A DNA stretch of 64,000 nucleotides from an uncultured Bacteroidales bacterium (GCA_964608665.1 CAZSQJ010000002.1:3508-67507), one strand, 5' to 3'; numbered from the stretch's first letter, positions 9,307 to 19,597 are shown. Program-made: numbers and translations. Notes: a model not told the origin generated them from the sequence alone.

Positions 9307-9739
9307 AGTAAAGCTTTTTTAAACGTTTTGCTTTTTCAATTTCATTTCGGGGGGTCTTGTCAGTCTTTTTCTGAAAGCCGTTAATCAGGATCACGAGATT
9401 TCCTTCGTCAAAAAAACAGAAGATCCTGTATATACCGACACGGAATGGGTTTGCAAAAAATATACTTCAGAACAGTGTACGGCATTACTCATTCTAAGCA
9501 GCTTTGCTTCGCAAACCTGGCAAGAATGAGTATATATTGCTGCCGACTTTCACACGGATCTCGAAAAGACCTTCATCTCCCTCTATATGTTTGAAGAATT
9601 TTTCAGGAACAATCTTTAACGTTCTCACCAATCCAATCACCCGGTCAATCCTGTCCTGAACTTTCTTTTTCTGTGAATTGTAAAATTCCCAGAACCCATC
9701 CCCATATACGATGACTTTCCTTTCAAATGCTCCGTTCAT
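9284..9739 (-). pseudogene. Gp49/HigB-like RelE-ParE family toxin, interrupted by a 102-bp insertion
   Basis: The N-terminal part (9494-9739) ends ...FEIRVKVGSNIY. The same frame resumes after the insert with RIFCFFDEGNLVILINGFQKKTDKTPRNEIEKAKRLKKLYYERGRKE and stops at 9284. The insert contains three in-frame stops (TAG, TAA, TGA). Confidence 0.8.
9428..9536. other. 102-bp insertion with a 7-bp flanking direct repeat (GTATATA) and two internal hairpins
   Basis: GTATATA occurs at 9428-9434 and 9530-9536. Stem 1 pairs 9435-9441 with 9475-9482 (7 bp, one bulge). Stem 2 pairs 9488-9495 with 9523-9530 (8 bp, perfect). Removing one repeat plus the insert restores VGSNIYRIFCFF. Confidence 0.7.
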
Positions 9740-9743
9740 TTTG

Positions 9744-9751
9744 CAAAGTTA
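9744..9751 (-). promoter_or_regulatory. Bacteroidota-type -7 promoter box (TAACTTTG on the minus strand)
   Basis: Exact TAnnTTTG match 4 nt upstream of the toxin ATG at 9739, implying a very short leader. Confidence 0.45.
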
Positions 9752-9804
9752 CCTAATAAGACAACTATAACCAAGTTTTTTATAAGTTTTTTTTAACCAT
9801 GTCT

Positions 9805-10164
9805 TTACTCACGCATTACAGGAGGGATTTGACCTGTCAGATTATTCCATCCAAGGTCAAGCAGGGAGCGTTCTTCGAGCTGGCAGACCAGTGGGCTGAT
9901 CACCCCGTTCAGGTTATTGTTTGGAAGCTCAATAGCGGTCACGCGCTCCTGAAAAACATCGCGGTTTATTCCGTGCCAGTACCGGACACCCGTTAGCAGC
10001 CAGTTGGTATTATTGTACCATGTCGAACCTTTTTCAGTATTTATACTGAATTTTAGTGAAATACGTAGCAATTTTTTGTTAGATTCATTATACCGATGAC
10101 TCTGTAAACACATTTTTCGCATTCCTGTATTCTTTCGGTATATTTGCCAGAAAAGTTTATTCAT
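9805..10164 (-). pseudogene. Fragment of a leucine-rich-repeat protein (plant-type LRR)
   Basis: The segment WYNNTNWLLTGVRYWHGI...ELPNNNLNGVI...LDLGWNNLTGQIPP matches the N-cap and first two repeats of LxxLxLxxNxLxGxIP proteins, then stops. There is no signal peptide and the N-terminus is implausible. Confidence 0.4.
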
Positions 10165-10279
10165 TCAGTCTCATGGAAGCGGTCATCATCAGACTTGCAA
10201 AAAATCCGGACCAGGGCTCTCTTTGCCGTTTCGTCCCGGCCAGTATCAATATCAATTATTGTCTGACCATTCCCGCCTG

Positions 10280-12334
10280 ATGAAACCCAAACAGTTCGTT
10301 TCATATATCCTGCTGATTATCATTCCGCTGCTGGCATTTTTCCCGGTAACGGCAGGTCTGCATCCTTTGGTTCATGATATCATCACCACTGCCTTCCCGT
10401 GGCGGTTTTTTACCGGGGAATGTCTCCGGCATCAGATGTTGCCGCTCTGGAACCCGTACCAGCACCTGGGCTACCCCATCCATGCCGACCCGCAGAGCGG
10501 GGCCTGGTATCTGCCCGTATGGATCGTCGGTTCCCTTGCAGGCTATGATTTCTACACGCTTTCCTTTGAGTTCCTGGGGCACATTGTGCTGGCCGGGTTG
10601 GGTATGCGATGGTTGTCGCTTACGCTGAAACACAGTGATAAAACGGCTACCCTGCTGGGACTGGCGTATTGCTGCTCGGGTTTTTTTATCGGGAACGCAC
10701 AGCACCTTCCTTTTGTGATCAGCGCCACCTGGCTGCCTTTTATCCTTGCAAGCTTCATCAACATGGCAGCGAAGCCGGCCGTGAAGTGGCTTTTTATGCT
10801 GCCCGTATTCCTCTGGTTATCACTCACCGGGGGATATCCCGGGTTTATGATCATTCTTGCCTATCTGCTTGCCGTGCTGATGGTCTTTTTTGGGATCAGG
10901 AATGATAAAGGGCAGGACAGAAAGAAACTATTGCGGTTTTACGGATTTGTGCTGGCAAGCGGGTTGATGACAATCCTCCTGGCCCTGCCATTCCTGATTT
11001 CTTTCTTCCAGTCTCTTCCTCACATCACGCGGGGCGGGGGGACAAGCCTTCAGCAGGCACTGGTATGTCCTTACTCTCCCCAAAGCCTGATTTCGTTGAT
11101 CTTCCCCATGGCTGCTGCTGCTGAGCCGTCATTTTACGACTCAGATCTTTCAATGACAAATAGTTACATCGGCATCATTCCCCTCATCCTGGCATTCTTG
11201 TCGCTGGGCCGGAAAGACCAGCCCATGAAATGGGTGTTTCTCGGCTTCGCTTTGTTTTCGCTTCTGGCTGCCATGGGTTCCTATCTGCCGGTGCGGGCGT
11301 TCCTGTATCATTATTTTCCGCTGATGAACTATTTCAGGATGCCTTCCATTTTCAGGGTCTTTTTTATCCTTGGTCTGCTGGTGGCTGCAGGTTTTTCCCT
11401 GGACAGGCTTTATCATGGCGACCGGGATACCCGAATACGATTTGTATGGATCTTCAGAGGGATGACGATACTGACCGGTCTGACCTTCATTTTCTCCCTC
11501 CTGTTTGCTGATCACAGCCTGTTGCAGGTTTATCACCTGTTTTTTGAAACATCGGGAAACACGGTTAAGGTCATCGATAACCTGATGATAAACAGCGCGA
11601 TACTGTTTATATTGGCCTTGGTCTTCAATATCCTGTTATTCCGGAAAGGATTATGGCTGTCCCGGACCTGCGTGATCCTGGTCTTTGTGATCGCGGATCT
11701 GCTTGTATCAGCAAACCTGAACGGCCCTTTTACGGTTTACAGTGAAAAATCCAGGGTTGCCGATCTGAACCAAAGGATCAGCAGTCTTCCCGCAGGTTTT
11801 CCGGCTCCAGGTTTTTATTCCGTTTTTTGGAACAGGGATGCTTTTCAGAGCTATAAAGACTTGTGGATCAATGTGAACTGTTTTTACAAAAAAATCGGGT
11901 ACGAGGGCTATAATCCTTTTTCCCTGCGGTCATTTGAAGACCTGGTTTACAAAAGACCAGAGGTGTTTGAAAAGGTCATCCAGCATCCGCCTTATTTTCT
12001 GAAGCACGAACCGGAGAATCAACCTGAAATTGTGTATTTTGATCCAAACACATGGATGATCAGCGTGAACACGCCTTCACAGGATACGCTCTGCCTCCTG
12101 CAGAATGCTTATCCGGGATGGAAACTGTGGGTGGATCAACGGCCGGCGAACTTCGTATTGTATGAAGGGACTTTTCTTGCCGTACCGCTTCAGGCAGGCA
12201 TCCGTACCGTGGCGTTCCGCTATGAACCGGACTTGGTCAGGCTTGCGTGGGTCGTGTCTGTATCTGCTTTGGCAGTGATGATTATTATGCTGATTATCAG
12301 TATAATATTAAAGAGGAAGGACTTTTTTTCATGA
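10280..12334 (+). CDS. YfhO-family polytopic membrane protein (putative glycosyltransferase)
   Basis: Many TM helices and an N-terminal block FPWRFFTGECLRHQMLPLWNPYQHLGYPIHADPQSGAWY typical of YfhO. I prefer the ATG at 10280 over the TTG at 10223 in the ORF track. Confidence 0.7.
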   Translation: MKPKQFVSYILLIIIPLLAFFPVTAGLHPLVHDIITTAFPWRFFTGECLRHQMLPLWNPYQHLGYPIHADPQSGAWYLPVWIVGSLAGYDFYTLSFEFLGHIVLAGLGMRWLSLTLKHSDKTATLLGLAYCCSGFFIGNAQHLPFVISATWLPFILASFINMAAKPAVKWLFMLPVFLWLSLTGGYPGFMIILAYLLAVLMVFFGIRNDKGQDRKKLLRFYGFVLASGLMTILLALPFLISFFQSLPHITRGGGTSLQQALVCPYSPQSLISLIFPMAAAAEPSFYDSDLSMTNSYIGIIPLILAFLSLGRKDQPMKWVFLGFALFSLLAAMGSYLPVRAFLYHYFPLMNYFRMPSIFRVFFILGLLVAAGFSLDRLYHGDRDTRIRFVWIFRGMTILTGLTFIFSLLFADHSLLQVYHLFFETSGNTVKVIDNLMINSAILFILALVFNILLFRKGLWLSRTCVILVFVIADLLVSANLNGPFTVYSEKSRVADLNQRISSLPAGFPAPGFYSVFWNRDAFQSYKDLWINVNCFYKKIGYEGYNPFSLRSFEDLVYKRPEVFEKVIQHPPYFLKHEPENQPEIVYFDPNTWMISVNTPSQDTLCLLQNAYPGWKLWVDQRPANFVLYEGTFLAVPLQAGIRTVAFRYEPDLVRLAWVVSVSALAVMIIMLIISIILKRKDFFS

Positions 12335-12348
12335 TGCCGGATCCTACA

Positions 12349-14715
12349 CTAAGGCTTAGCATCACTGTCAGGAACCAGGTCATCAGGAAGTTTCCCCTGC
12401 TTTATCAAATGTAATGCATTGAGAATAATCTCGTTACTGGCCGGTAAAGCGAAATCCGGTTCAAGCAGGTGGTTCCCCGTGGCAGATACAGCGTCTTTGA
12501 TAGCCAGCCAGGCCGAGAAAGCCAGCATCAGCGGGGGTTCACCCACTGCCTTGCTGCCATGGATGGTTCCGGCTTGCTGACTGTCCCGGAACAGTTCAAT
12601 ATTGAATTTGGGAGGGATATCTCCGATGGTGGGTATTTTATAGGTATCCGGACCATGGTTAAGGAGCCTGCCGTCCTTATCCCAGCGGATGATCTCCGAA
12701 GTACACCAACCCAGTCCCTGCACATAGCCGCCTGCAATCTGTCCTTTGTCGATTTCCGGATTCAGTGAGGTGCCGGTATCATGCAGGATATCCGTTCTCA
12801 GCAGGGTGACCCGGCCGGTGAGTGTGTCCAGCAGCACTTCAGTCACGGCTGCCCCGAAAGCGAAATAATGAAAAGGATGTCCCATTCCTGTTGACGGGTC
12901 GAAATCCAGGCCGGGTGTGGCATAATAGCCTGTAGCGCTAAGGCTGCGTTTTGATTTGTAGGTAAGCTGCACTGCCTCCCCGAATGACATTGACAAGGCC
13001 GGGCCGGAGAGATGGGTCACCCTGTCTTCAGCGAAAGTGACATCTTCCCCTTTACATGCATTTCCTGCGGCAGTCCAGAAGCCGGCCACGACTTCACTGA
13101 TCCTGGATTTCAGTTTGCCGATGGCATCCTTTACCGCCATACCGTTCAGGTCAGAGCCTGATGAAGCCGCGGTGGCGGAGGTATTGGGAACCCTGGATGT
13201 ACTGGTTGGGGCTATCCTGAACCGGGTCTCAGCCACGCCCAATTCCCTGGCTGCAATACCCAGGATCTTGGGTTGAAGGCCCTGTCCCATTTCCGTACCG
13301 CCATGACTGAGCAGGATGCTGCCGTCCTGGTAAATATGCACCAGTGCACCGGCCTGGTTGAGGAAGGAAGTTGTAAAGGAGATGCCGAATTTCACCGGGG
13401 TAAGCGCAAGGCCCTTCTTGAAAAATTCATTGGTGGCGTTGAATTTGTCAGCAATCGCCCTTCTTGCCCGGTAGTCTGAGGATAAGATGAGTTTTTCGAG
13501 GATGGCCGGGAGGTGGTTGTCACGGATCTCCTGTCCGTAATGTGTCACATTGTGAACTCCCTGATAAAGATTCAGTTGCCTTATTTCCAGGGGATCTTTT
13601 CCGAGGAACCTGGCGATATGGTCGATCACCTGCTCTATGACCGCCATTCCCTGAGGTCCTCCGAAACCGCGGAAGGCTGTATTGGACGGGTGATTGGTTT
13701 TCCACATCCTGCCCGTAACGCTGATGTTCGGGATATTATAGGCATTGTCGGTATGAAACAGGGCCCTTTCCAGGATTGCGCCGCTCAGGTCGGCCGTGCA
13801 TCCCGCATCACCGTTCAGTGAGGCTTCATAGGCGAGGATTTTTCCTTCCGCCGAGAAGCCGGCTTTATAGGTTGAAAAGAAACGGTGTCGTTTCCCGGTC
13901 ATCAGCTGGTCATCCTGCCTGGAGAGCTGCAGCAGCACCGCTTTTCCGCATTTTGCGGCGAGCAGGGCGGCCCAGGCGGCAATAGGATTAGCCTGGGTTT
14001 CCTTACCTCCGAAAGCGCCACCCATGCGGCGTACTTCCACAGTCACTTTGTTTCGGGGTATGCCAAGCACCTCCGCCACAATGGCCTGGGTTTCTGAAGG
14101 ATGCTGTGTGGAGGAATGGATCAGCATTTCCCCGTCCTCGCCGGGTATGGCCAGACTTGCCTGGGTTTCCAGGTACCAGTGTTCCTGGGCTCCTGTACGC
14201 AGTTGTCCTTCGATGATATGTTCCGATTGCTCAAATCCGGCGGCAGGATCGCCTCTTTTCAGCCACCTTTCACGGCCGATCTGTTCTCCGTGAGCCATGG
14301 CCTCTTCCAGTTCAAGGATGGCCGGCAGCGGCTCGCAGGTGACAGCGACCGTTTCTGCAGCTTTTTCGGCTTCTTCCCTGCCGGAGGCTGCAATCAGCAC
14401 AATGGCCTGACCGATGCATTGGACGGTATCTTCCGCCAGGCAGGGTTCATCATGGACTACCGGGCCGGTCTGGTTTGATCCTGGGATGTCAGAAGCGGTT
14501 AAAACAGCCTGGACACCTGGTGCCTGAAGGGTTTTGGAAATGTCGATGCCGGAAATGCGGGCATGGGCATGTTTACTGAAAACCACTTTTCCACAGAGGC
14601 ATTCCATTCCGGAGGCCAGATCTCCCGTAAATCGCGACATACCGGTTACATGCAGCAGATTTGCTGCTGCCAGTGCCGAAGTATTGTTGCCTGGTTTACT
14701 CATGACCGTCGGCAT
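12349..14715 (-). CDS. xdhB: Xanthine dehydrogenase / aldehyde oxidase family, molybdopterin-binding subunit
   Basis: 788 aa with blocks RRMGGAFGGKE, GTEMGQGL and SKAVGEPP typical of the molybdo-flavoenzyme large subunit. Confidence 0.85.
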   Translation of the reverse strand: MPTVMSKPGNNTSALAAANLLHVTGMSRFTGDLASGMECLCGKVVFSKHAHARISGIDISKTLQAPGVQAVLTASDIPGSNQTGPVVHDEPCLAEDTVQCIGQAIVLIAASGREEAEKAAETVAVTCEPLPAILELEEAMAHGEQIGRERWLKRGDPAAGFEQSEHIIEGQLRTGAQEHWYLETQASLAIPGEDGEMLIHSSTQHPSETQAIVAEVLGIPRNKVTVEVRRMGGAFGGKETQANPIAAWAALLAAKCGKAVLLQLSRQDDQLMTGKRHRFFSTYKAGFSAEGKILAYEASLNGDAGCTADLSGAILERALFHTDNAYNIPNISVTGRMWKTNHPSNTAFRGFGGPQGMAVIEQVIDHIARFLGKDPLEIRQLNLYQGVHNVTHYGQEIRDNHLPAILEKLILSSDYRARRAIADKFNATNEFFKKGLALTPVKFGISFTTSFLNQAGALVHIYQDGSILLSHGGTEMGQGLQPKILGIAARELGVAETRFRIAPTSTSRVPNTSATAASSGSDLNGMAVKDAIGKLKSRISEVVAGFWTAAGNACKGEDVTFAEDRVTHLSGPALSMSFGEAVQLTYKSKRSLSATGYYATPGLDFDPSTGMGHPFHYFAFGAAVTEVLLDTLTGRVTLLRTDILHDTGTSLNPEIDKGQIAGGYVQGLGWCTSEIIRWDKDGRLLNHGPDTYKIPTIGDIPPKFNIELFRDSQQAGTIHGSKAVGEPPLMLAFSAWLAIKDAVSATGNHLLEPDFALPASNEIILNALHLIKQGKLPDDLVPDSDAKP

Positions 14716-16162
14716 TGGTTTCCGACCAGCATTTCAACAGAAGGTTCCGGGCTGCCAGCGCACGGGCACGGGCTGAGGAGCGGGCATCCCCAATAGGGGT
14801 GAGTTCTTTCCCGAGCACCTGCATGGCTTCCTCCACTACGGATCTTTCCCAGGATTTTCCTTTCAGAAAAGCTTCTGTTTTGAATGCTCTCACGGGAGTG
14901 GCAGCCATGCCTCCGCAGGCGATCCTGATACCGGCCGTTACATTGCCGTGCAGTTCAATGCTAAATGCGGCACTGACAGTGGCAATGTCCGCATCTGCCC
15001 TGTTTGATACCTTATACCATCTGAACAGGGTCGGTTTCAGCGGTTTCGGGACGGATATCATTGTGATGAGTTCTCCCGGGCGGCGGTCTGTTTTCCGGTA
15101 AGAAACGATAAACGCTTCGACGGGAACGACCCTGATTTCCGTTTCGCTTGCCAGGTGAACCCGGGCATTCATTACCATGAGCAGGGGGAGGGTATCGCCG
15201 ATAGGCGAAGCGGTTGCCACGTTTCCTGCAAGGGTGGCCACATTTCTGATCTGGAGAGAAGCGAAGCGTTTCAGCAGTCCGTGCAGTACCGGGATCCTGT
15301 CTGAGGCGATGCTGCTCAGTTCTTCCAGATGAAGTCCGGCCCCGATAAACCAGTTGGCATGGTCTTCATAAAAGAAATCCAGTTCCCGCACATGGCTGAT
15401 ATCAATAATTTCCGGGATAATCCGGTGCTGGAGGTTTTGGACGACTGCCACATCTGAAGCGCCGTTCACCAGGGTGGCGGAGGGGTGTTGCCGGAGCATT
15501 TGCAAGGCCTGTTCCAGCTTGTGTGGCATCAGGTACAGCTGTTCCCGGGTTTGAATAAACGCCGGTTGCTGACCGTTTTGAATATTTCCGAGTATTTTCA
15601 GGGTTTCTGCTTCCGCGAGGTCGAAATGGTCTTCCGTCCTTTGGCTGACGGCTTCCATGCATGCCTGCAGGATGGTGTGATAACCCGTACAGCGGCAGAG
15701 GTTTCCGGCGAGGGCTTCCCTGACCAGGTCAGGATTTGGCGGAACGGTACTTTTATAAAGTGCAAACATGGACAAGACGATGCCGGGAGTGCAGAACCCG
15801 CATTGTATGCCGTTGTGCGACAGCAGTGCCTGTTGAACCGGGTGAAGGATGATCCTTTCTCCGTCTCTTAGCGGCAGGTTCTCCACGGTGATCAACTGTT
15901 TACCGTGGATGCCCGGAAGGAAAAGCAGGCAGGAGTTCACCGCCTTGTATTTCAGCCGGCCGTTACCGGCCGCTTCTGCAAGCACTACGGTGCAGGCGCC
16001 GCAGTCGCCTTCGCGGCATGCTTCCCTGGTCCCGTGATGATCCCGCAGCGTTTTCAGGTAATCCAGCACGGTAGTGGAAGGTAACAGACCGTCACGGGAA
16101 AAATCCACGGTATGGACGTTTCCGTCAAGCAAAAAGGAAACCGGTGATGTTGATTCAGGCAT
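14696..16162 (-). CDS. xdhA: Xanthine dehydrogenase small subunit (2Fe-2S plus FAD-binding)
   Basis: Cys motifs CREGDCGACTV, CGFCTPG and CRCTGY, followed by FAD-binding and CO-dehydrogenase flavoprotein C-terminal regions. It overlaps xdhB by 20 nt. Confidence 0.85.
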   Translation of the reverse strand: MPESTSPVSFLLDGNVHTVDFSRDGLLPSTTVLDYLKTLRDHHGTREACREGDCGACTVVLAEAAGNGRLKYKAVNSCLLFLPGIHGKQLITVENLPLRDGERIILHPVQQALLSHNGIQCGFCTPGIVLSMFALYKSTVPPNPDLVREALAGNLCRCTGYHTILQACMEAVSQRTEDHFDLAEAETLKILGNIQNGQQPAFIQTREQLYLMPHKLEQALQMLRQHPSATLVNGASDVAVVQNLQHRIIPEIIDISHVRELDFFYEDHANWFIGAGLHLEELSSIASDRIPVLHGLLKRFASLQIRNVATLAGNVATASPIGDTLPLLMVMNARVHLASETEIRVVPVEAFIVSYRKTDRRPGELITMISVPKPLKPTLFRWYKVSNRADADIATVSAAFSIELHGNVTAGIRIACGGMAATPVRAFKTEAFLKGKSWERSVVEEAMQVLGKELTPIGDARSSARARALAARNLLLKCWSETNADGHE

Positions 16163-16300
16163 TCACGGGAGTTTGGCTCTGATCTGACAGATATATGCCT
16201 CACTTTCAAGCTGGAACAGCACGATCTCTGTTCGTTTTACATTCATTTTCCGGGTTTTCATGGAGTACCTGAACCTGAACGGAGCCTGTGCCGGTTAATA

Positions 16301-17533
16301 TTATTTTTCAAAATCGTCATGGTTCATCCGGATGACGTTCAGGATCACCTGCACGGCCTTTTCCATGGATTCAACGGGGACGTACTCGAATTTACCGTGA
16401 AAGTTATGCCCGCCGGCGAAGATATTCGGGCAGGGTAATCCCATGTAGGAGAGCCTTGCCCCGTCGGTTCCGCCCCTGATTGGCACGACCACCGGCTGGA
16501 TTCCGGCGGCTTCCATGGCTTTGCGGGCTGTTTCCACCACATGCATTACCGGTTCGATCTTTTCTTTCATGTTGAAGTACTGGTCTTTTAGTTCAAGCCC
16601 GACGATATCCCTGCCGTATTTCTGATTGATAAAAGCAGCAACTTCGTTGATCATCAACTTTCTGCGTTCAAATTTCTCCCGGTCATGGTCTCTCAGGATG
16701 TATTGCAGAGAGGCATTTTCCACACTTCCTTCCATTTTGATCAGGTGGTAGAATCCTTCATAGGCAGTTGTGCATTCAGGCCTTTCGTTCACAGGAAGCA
16801 ACTCATTGAATTCCATTGCAATAATCATAGCATTCACCATCTTGTTTTTCGCATAACCGGGATGGATGTTTCTTCCCTGGAAATTTACCTTGGCATGAGC
16901 GGCATTGAAATTCTCATATTCCAGTTCTCCCAGGCCACCGCCATCCATCGTGTAAGCGAAGTCGGCCCCGAACTTTTGTACGTCGAAATGGTCAACTCCT
17001 TTTCCGATCTCCTCATCTGGTGTAAAGCCTATCCTGATTTTGCCATGGGGTATTTCAGGATGCTGCAGCAGGTATTCCATGGCTGTCATGATTTCGGCTA
17101 TGCCTGCTTTGTCATCCGCTCCGAGCAGGGTGGTGCCATCCGTGGTAATTAATGTATTTCCCACATAATGAAGCAGTTCGGGAAATTCCGCCGGACTGAG
17201 TACCAGCTTCGCATCCTGATTGAGCAGGATATCACCGCCGTCATAATCTTCCGTCAGCCGGGCTTTGACATCAGTACCGCTCATATCCGGACTGGTATCC
17301 ACATGTGCGATGAAGCCGATGACAGGGACGGGTTTCGGTGAACTGGCCGGCAGGGTGGCCATCAGGTAGCCGTACTGATCGAGGCTTACCTCCTGCAGGC
17401 CAAGTTCCCTGGCTTCTTTCTCAAGCAGGCGCAGCAGATCCCATTGTTTTTCCGTACTGGGATAGGTGTCGGAATTGTCATCCGACCGGGTGTCAACTTC
17501 CACGTATTTTAAAAATCTTTCTAAAACAGTCAT
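16301..17533 (-). CDS. pepT: Peptidase T (tripeptide aminopeptidase, M20B)
   Basis: N-terminus [16 protein letters not shown]...PST..Q and the full-length M20 pattern (HVDTSPD, GADDKAG, TPDEEIG). Confidence 0.9.
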   Translation of the reverse strand: MTVLERFLKYVEVDTRSDDNSDTYPSTEKQWDLLRLLEKEARELGLQEVSLDQYGYLMATLPASSPKPVPVIGFIAHVDTSPDMSGTDVKARLTEDYDGGDILLNQDAKLVLSPAEFPELLHYVGNTLITTDGTTLLGADDKAGIAEIMTAMEYLLQHPEIPHGKIRIGFTPDEEIGKGVDHFDVQKFGADFAYTMDGGGLGELEYENFNAAHAKVNFQGRNIHPGYAKNKMVNAMIIAMEFNELLPVNERPECTTAYEGFYHLIKMEGSVENASLQYILRDHDREKFERRKLMINEVAAFINQKYGRDIVGLELKDQYFNMKEKIEPVMHVVETARKAMEAAGIQPVVVPIRGGTDGARLSYMGLPCPNIFAGGHNFHGKFEYVPVESMEKAVQVILNVIRMNHDDFEK

Positions 17534-17611
17534 GTCATTGGTTGTTTACGGGTTTTTGGTTGATGCTTGTCGTTAAATATGTTTCTCTGATCACTCAGAC
17601 GGTCTTTGGCG

Positions 17612-19597
17612 CTATTCCTCCTGCTTTCCCCTGAGTGCATCCCAGGCAAACCAGGCACACAGCAGCAGGAACATCAGCAGGCCAAGGCTTTCGGCGATGT
17701 GGGAGTTGATCCAGCTTTCCTTCACAAAGTTTATTCCTCCGAATTTCAGGAAGGCACTGATCACGCCCATGAGGGCGCCGCCTGCGATGAAGCCGCTTGC
17801 GATCAGGGTTCCTCTTTCTCTTCTGGCTTTGTTCAGGGATTCATTTTTACTGCGGTTGCTTACGAACCATGCGACAATGCCGCCGACGAGCAGGGGTACG
17901 TTCAGTTCAAGCGGGATGAACATGCCGAGTGCAAACGGCAGGGCAGGGATATTGATCATGGTGAGGATCAGGGCCAGGAAACATCCGCCGATATAGAGCA
18001 GCCAGGGTGCCGGCATCCCCGACATCATGGGGCCGATCACGGCCGCCATGGCATTGGCTTGTGGGGCGACGAGTGCTTCGGGACCCGTGAATCCGTATGT
18101 TTTATTCAGGATGATGATGACTCCGCCCACTGTAACGGCCGACACCAGGGTTCCGAGGAATTTCCATGACTGCTGTTTATAAGGAGAGGAACCGAGCCAG
18201 TATCCGATTTTAAGGTCGGTGATGAAGCCGCCTGCCATAGACAGGGCAGTGCAGACCACTCCGCCGATGACCAGGGCGGCCACCATGCCGGTGGGTCCCG
18301 ACAGTCCGACCCCTGTGAGCACCAGTGATGAAAGGATCAGGGTCATCAGGGTCATGCCGCTGACGGGATTGGTGCCCACGATGGCGATGGCATTGGCTGC
18401 AACTGTCGTAAACAGGAAGGCGATTACCAGGACGATGAGCAGTCCGGTCATGGCCTGGGTGAGGTTATGGACAAGCCCGAACTGGAAGAAGATGAAGATA
18501 AGCACGGCTGTGAGCAGGATGCCGCCAAAGATGATGCCCATGGGCAGGTCGCGCCTGGTTCTGAGTGTTTCACGGCTGTGGGAGGATTTTTTCCCGAACA
18601 GTTCGCTGACGGCCAGCGAAAAGGCTGTGCGAATGATCTTGGATGCCCTGATGATGCCGATGATCCCGGCCATGGCGATCCCCCCGATACCGACCTGCCG
18701 GATGTAATTGCGGAATATCTCTTCCGGGGCCATTTCTCCCAGGGTTTTGGTGATGTTGGCACCCACGGCAATGGTCATTCCGTCGGCGAAATGGGCCACA
18801 ATGGGAATGAGCACGTACCAGACCACAAAAGAGCCGGCGCAGATGATGGCTGCATATCTGAGGCCGATGATGTAACCAAGGCCGAGAATAGCAGCCCCGA
18901 GGTTCAGGCGGAAAACGATTTTGGCTTTATCGGCGATCAGCTCGCCGACGGGGAGTACCCGCGAAGTGAAGACCTCACTCCACCAGCCGAAAGTGGCGAT
19001 GATGAAGTCGTAGATCCCGCCGATCAGTCCGCTGCTCAGCAGCACAAGGGCCTGTTTCCCTCCTTTCTCACCGCTCACCAGCACTTCCGTTGTGGCTGTG
19101 GCTTCAGGGAAAGGATACTTGCCGTGCATGTCTGACACAAAATACTTCCTGAACGGGATGAGGAAAAGAATCCCCAGGAACCCTCCAAGCAGTGATGAAA
19201 GGAATACCTGGTAGAACTGGGCTTCCAGGTTGAGGATGTAAAGGGCCGGAAGGGTAAAGATGGCGCCGGCCACGATGACGCCGGAACTGGCACCGATCGA
19301 CTGGATGATGACGTTTTCACCCAGGGCATTCTTCCGGCGGGTAACCGATGACAGTCCTACCGCAATGATGGCAATAGGGATGGCGGCTTCGAAAACCTGG
19401 CCGATTTTGAGGCCGAGATAAGCGGCGGCGGCCGAGAAAATGACTGCCATCAGCAGTCCGAGCAGCACCGAACGAAGATTGACTTCCGGATAAACTTTTT
19501 CCGGCGTCATCAGGGGTTTGTACTCCTCGCCTTCCTTCAGTTCCTGGTAGGCATTGTCGGGAAGACCTTTGATCTTTTCAGCAGGTTGGGATGACAT
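17612..19597 (-). CDS. OPT-family oligopeptide transporter
   Basis: 661 aa with about 16 TM helices and the architecture and conserved Gly-rich helices of the OPT family. It is adjacent to pepT. Confidence 0.85.
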   Translation of the reverse strand: MSSQPAEKIKGLPDNAYQELKEGEEYKPLMTPEKVYPEVNLRSVLLGLLMAVIFSAAAAYLGLKIGQVFEAAIPIAIIAVGLSSVTRRKNALGENVIIQSIGASSGVIVAGAIFTLPALYILNLEAQFYQVFLSSLLGGFLGILFLIPFRKYFVSDMHGKYPFPEATATTEVLVSGEKGGKQALVLLSSGLIGGIYDFIIATFGWWSEVFTSRVLPVGELIADKAKIVFRLNLGAAILGLGYIIGLRYAAIICAGSFVVWYVLIPIVAHFADGMTIAVGANITKTLGEMAPEEIFRNYIRQVGIGGIAMAGIIGIIRASKIIRTAFSLAVSELFGKKSSHSRETLRTRRDLPMGIIFGGILLTAVLIFIFFQFGLVHNLTQAMTGLLIVLVIAFLFTTVAANAIAIVGTNPVSGMTLMTLILSSLVLTGVGLSGPTGMVAALVIGGVVCTALSMAGGFITDLKIGYWLGSSPYKQQSWKFLGTLVSAVTVGGVIIILNKTYGFTGPEALVAPQANAMAAVIGPMMSGMPAPWLLYIGGCFLALILTMINIPALPFALGMFIPLELNVPLLVGGIVAWFVSNRSKNESLNKARRERGTLIASGFIAGGALMGVISAFLKFGGINFVKESWINSHIAESLGLLMFLLLCAWFAWDALRGKQEE

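Noticed and set aside
10223-10279. TTG-initiated 19-codon extension of yfhO
   Set aside because: The in-frame ATG at 10280 begins the first hydrophobic segment. The extension has no supporting signal.
17606-19135. Several 99-222-aa plus-strand ORFs
   Set aside because: All are antisense to the OPT transporter gene. Their translations are charged and low-complexity, the mirror of a hydrophobic coding strand.
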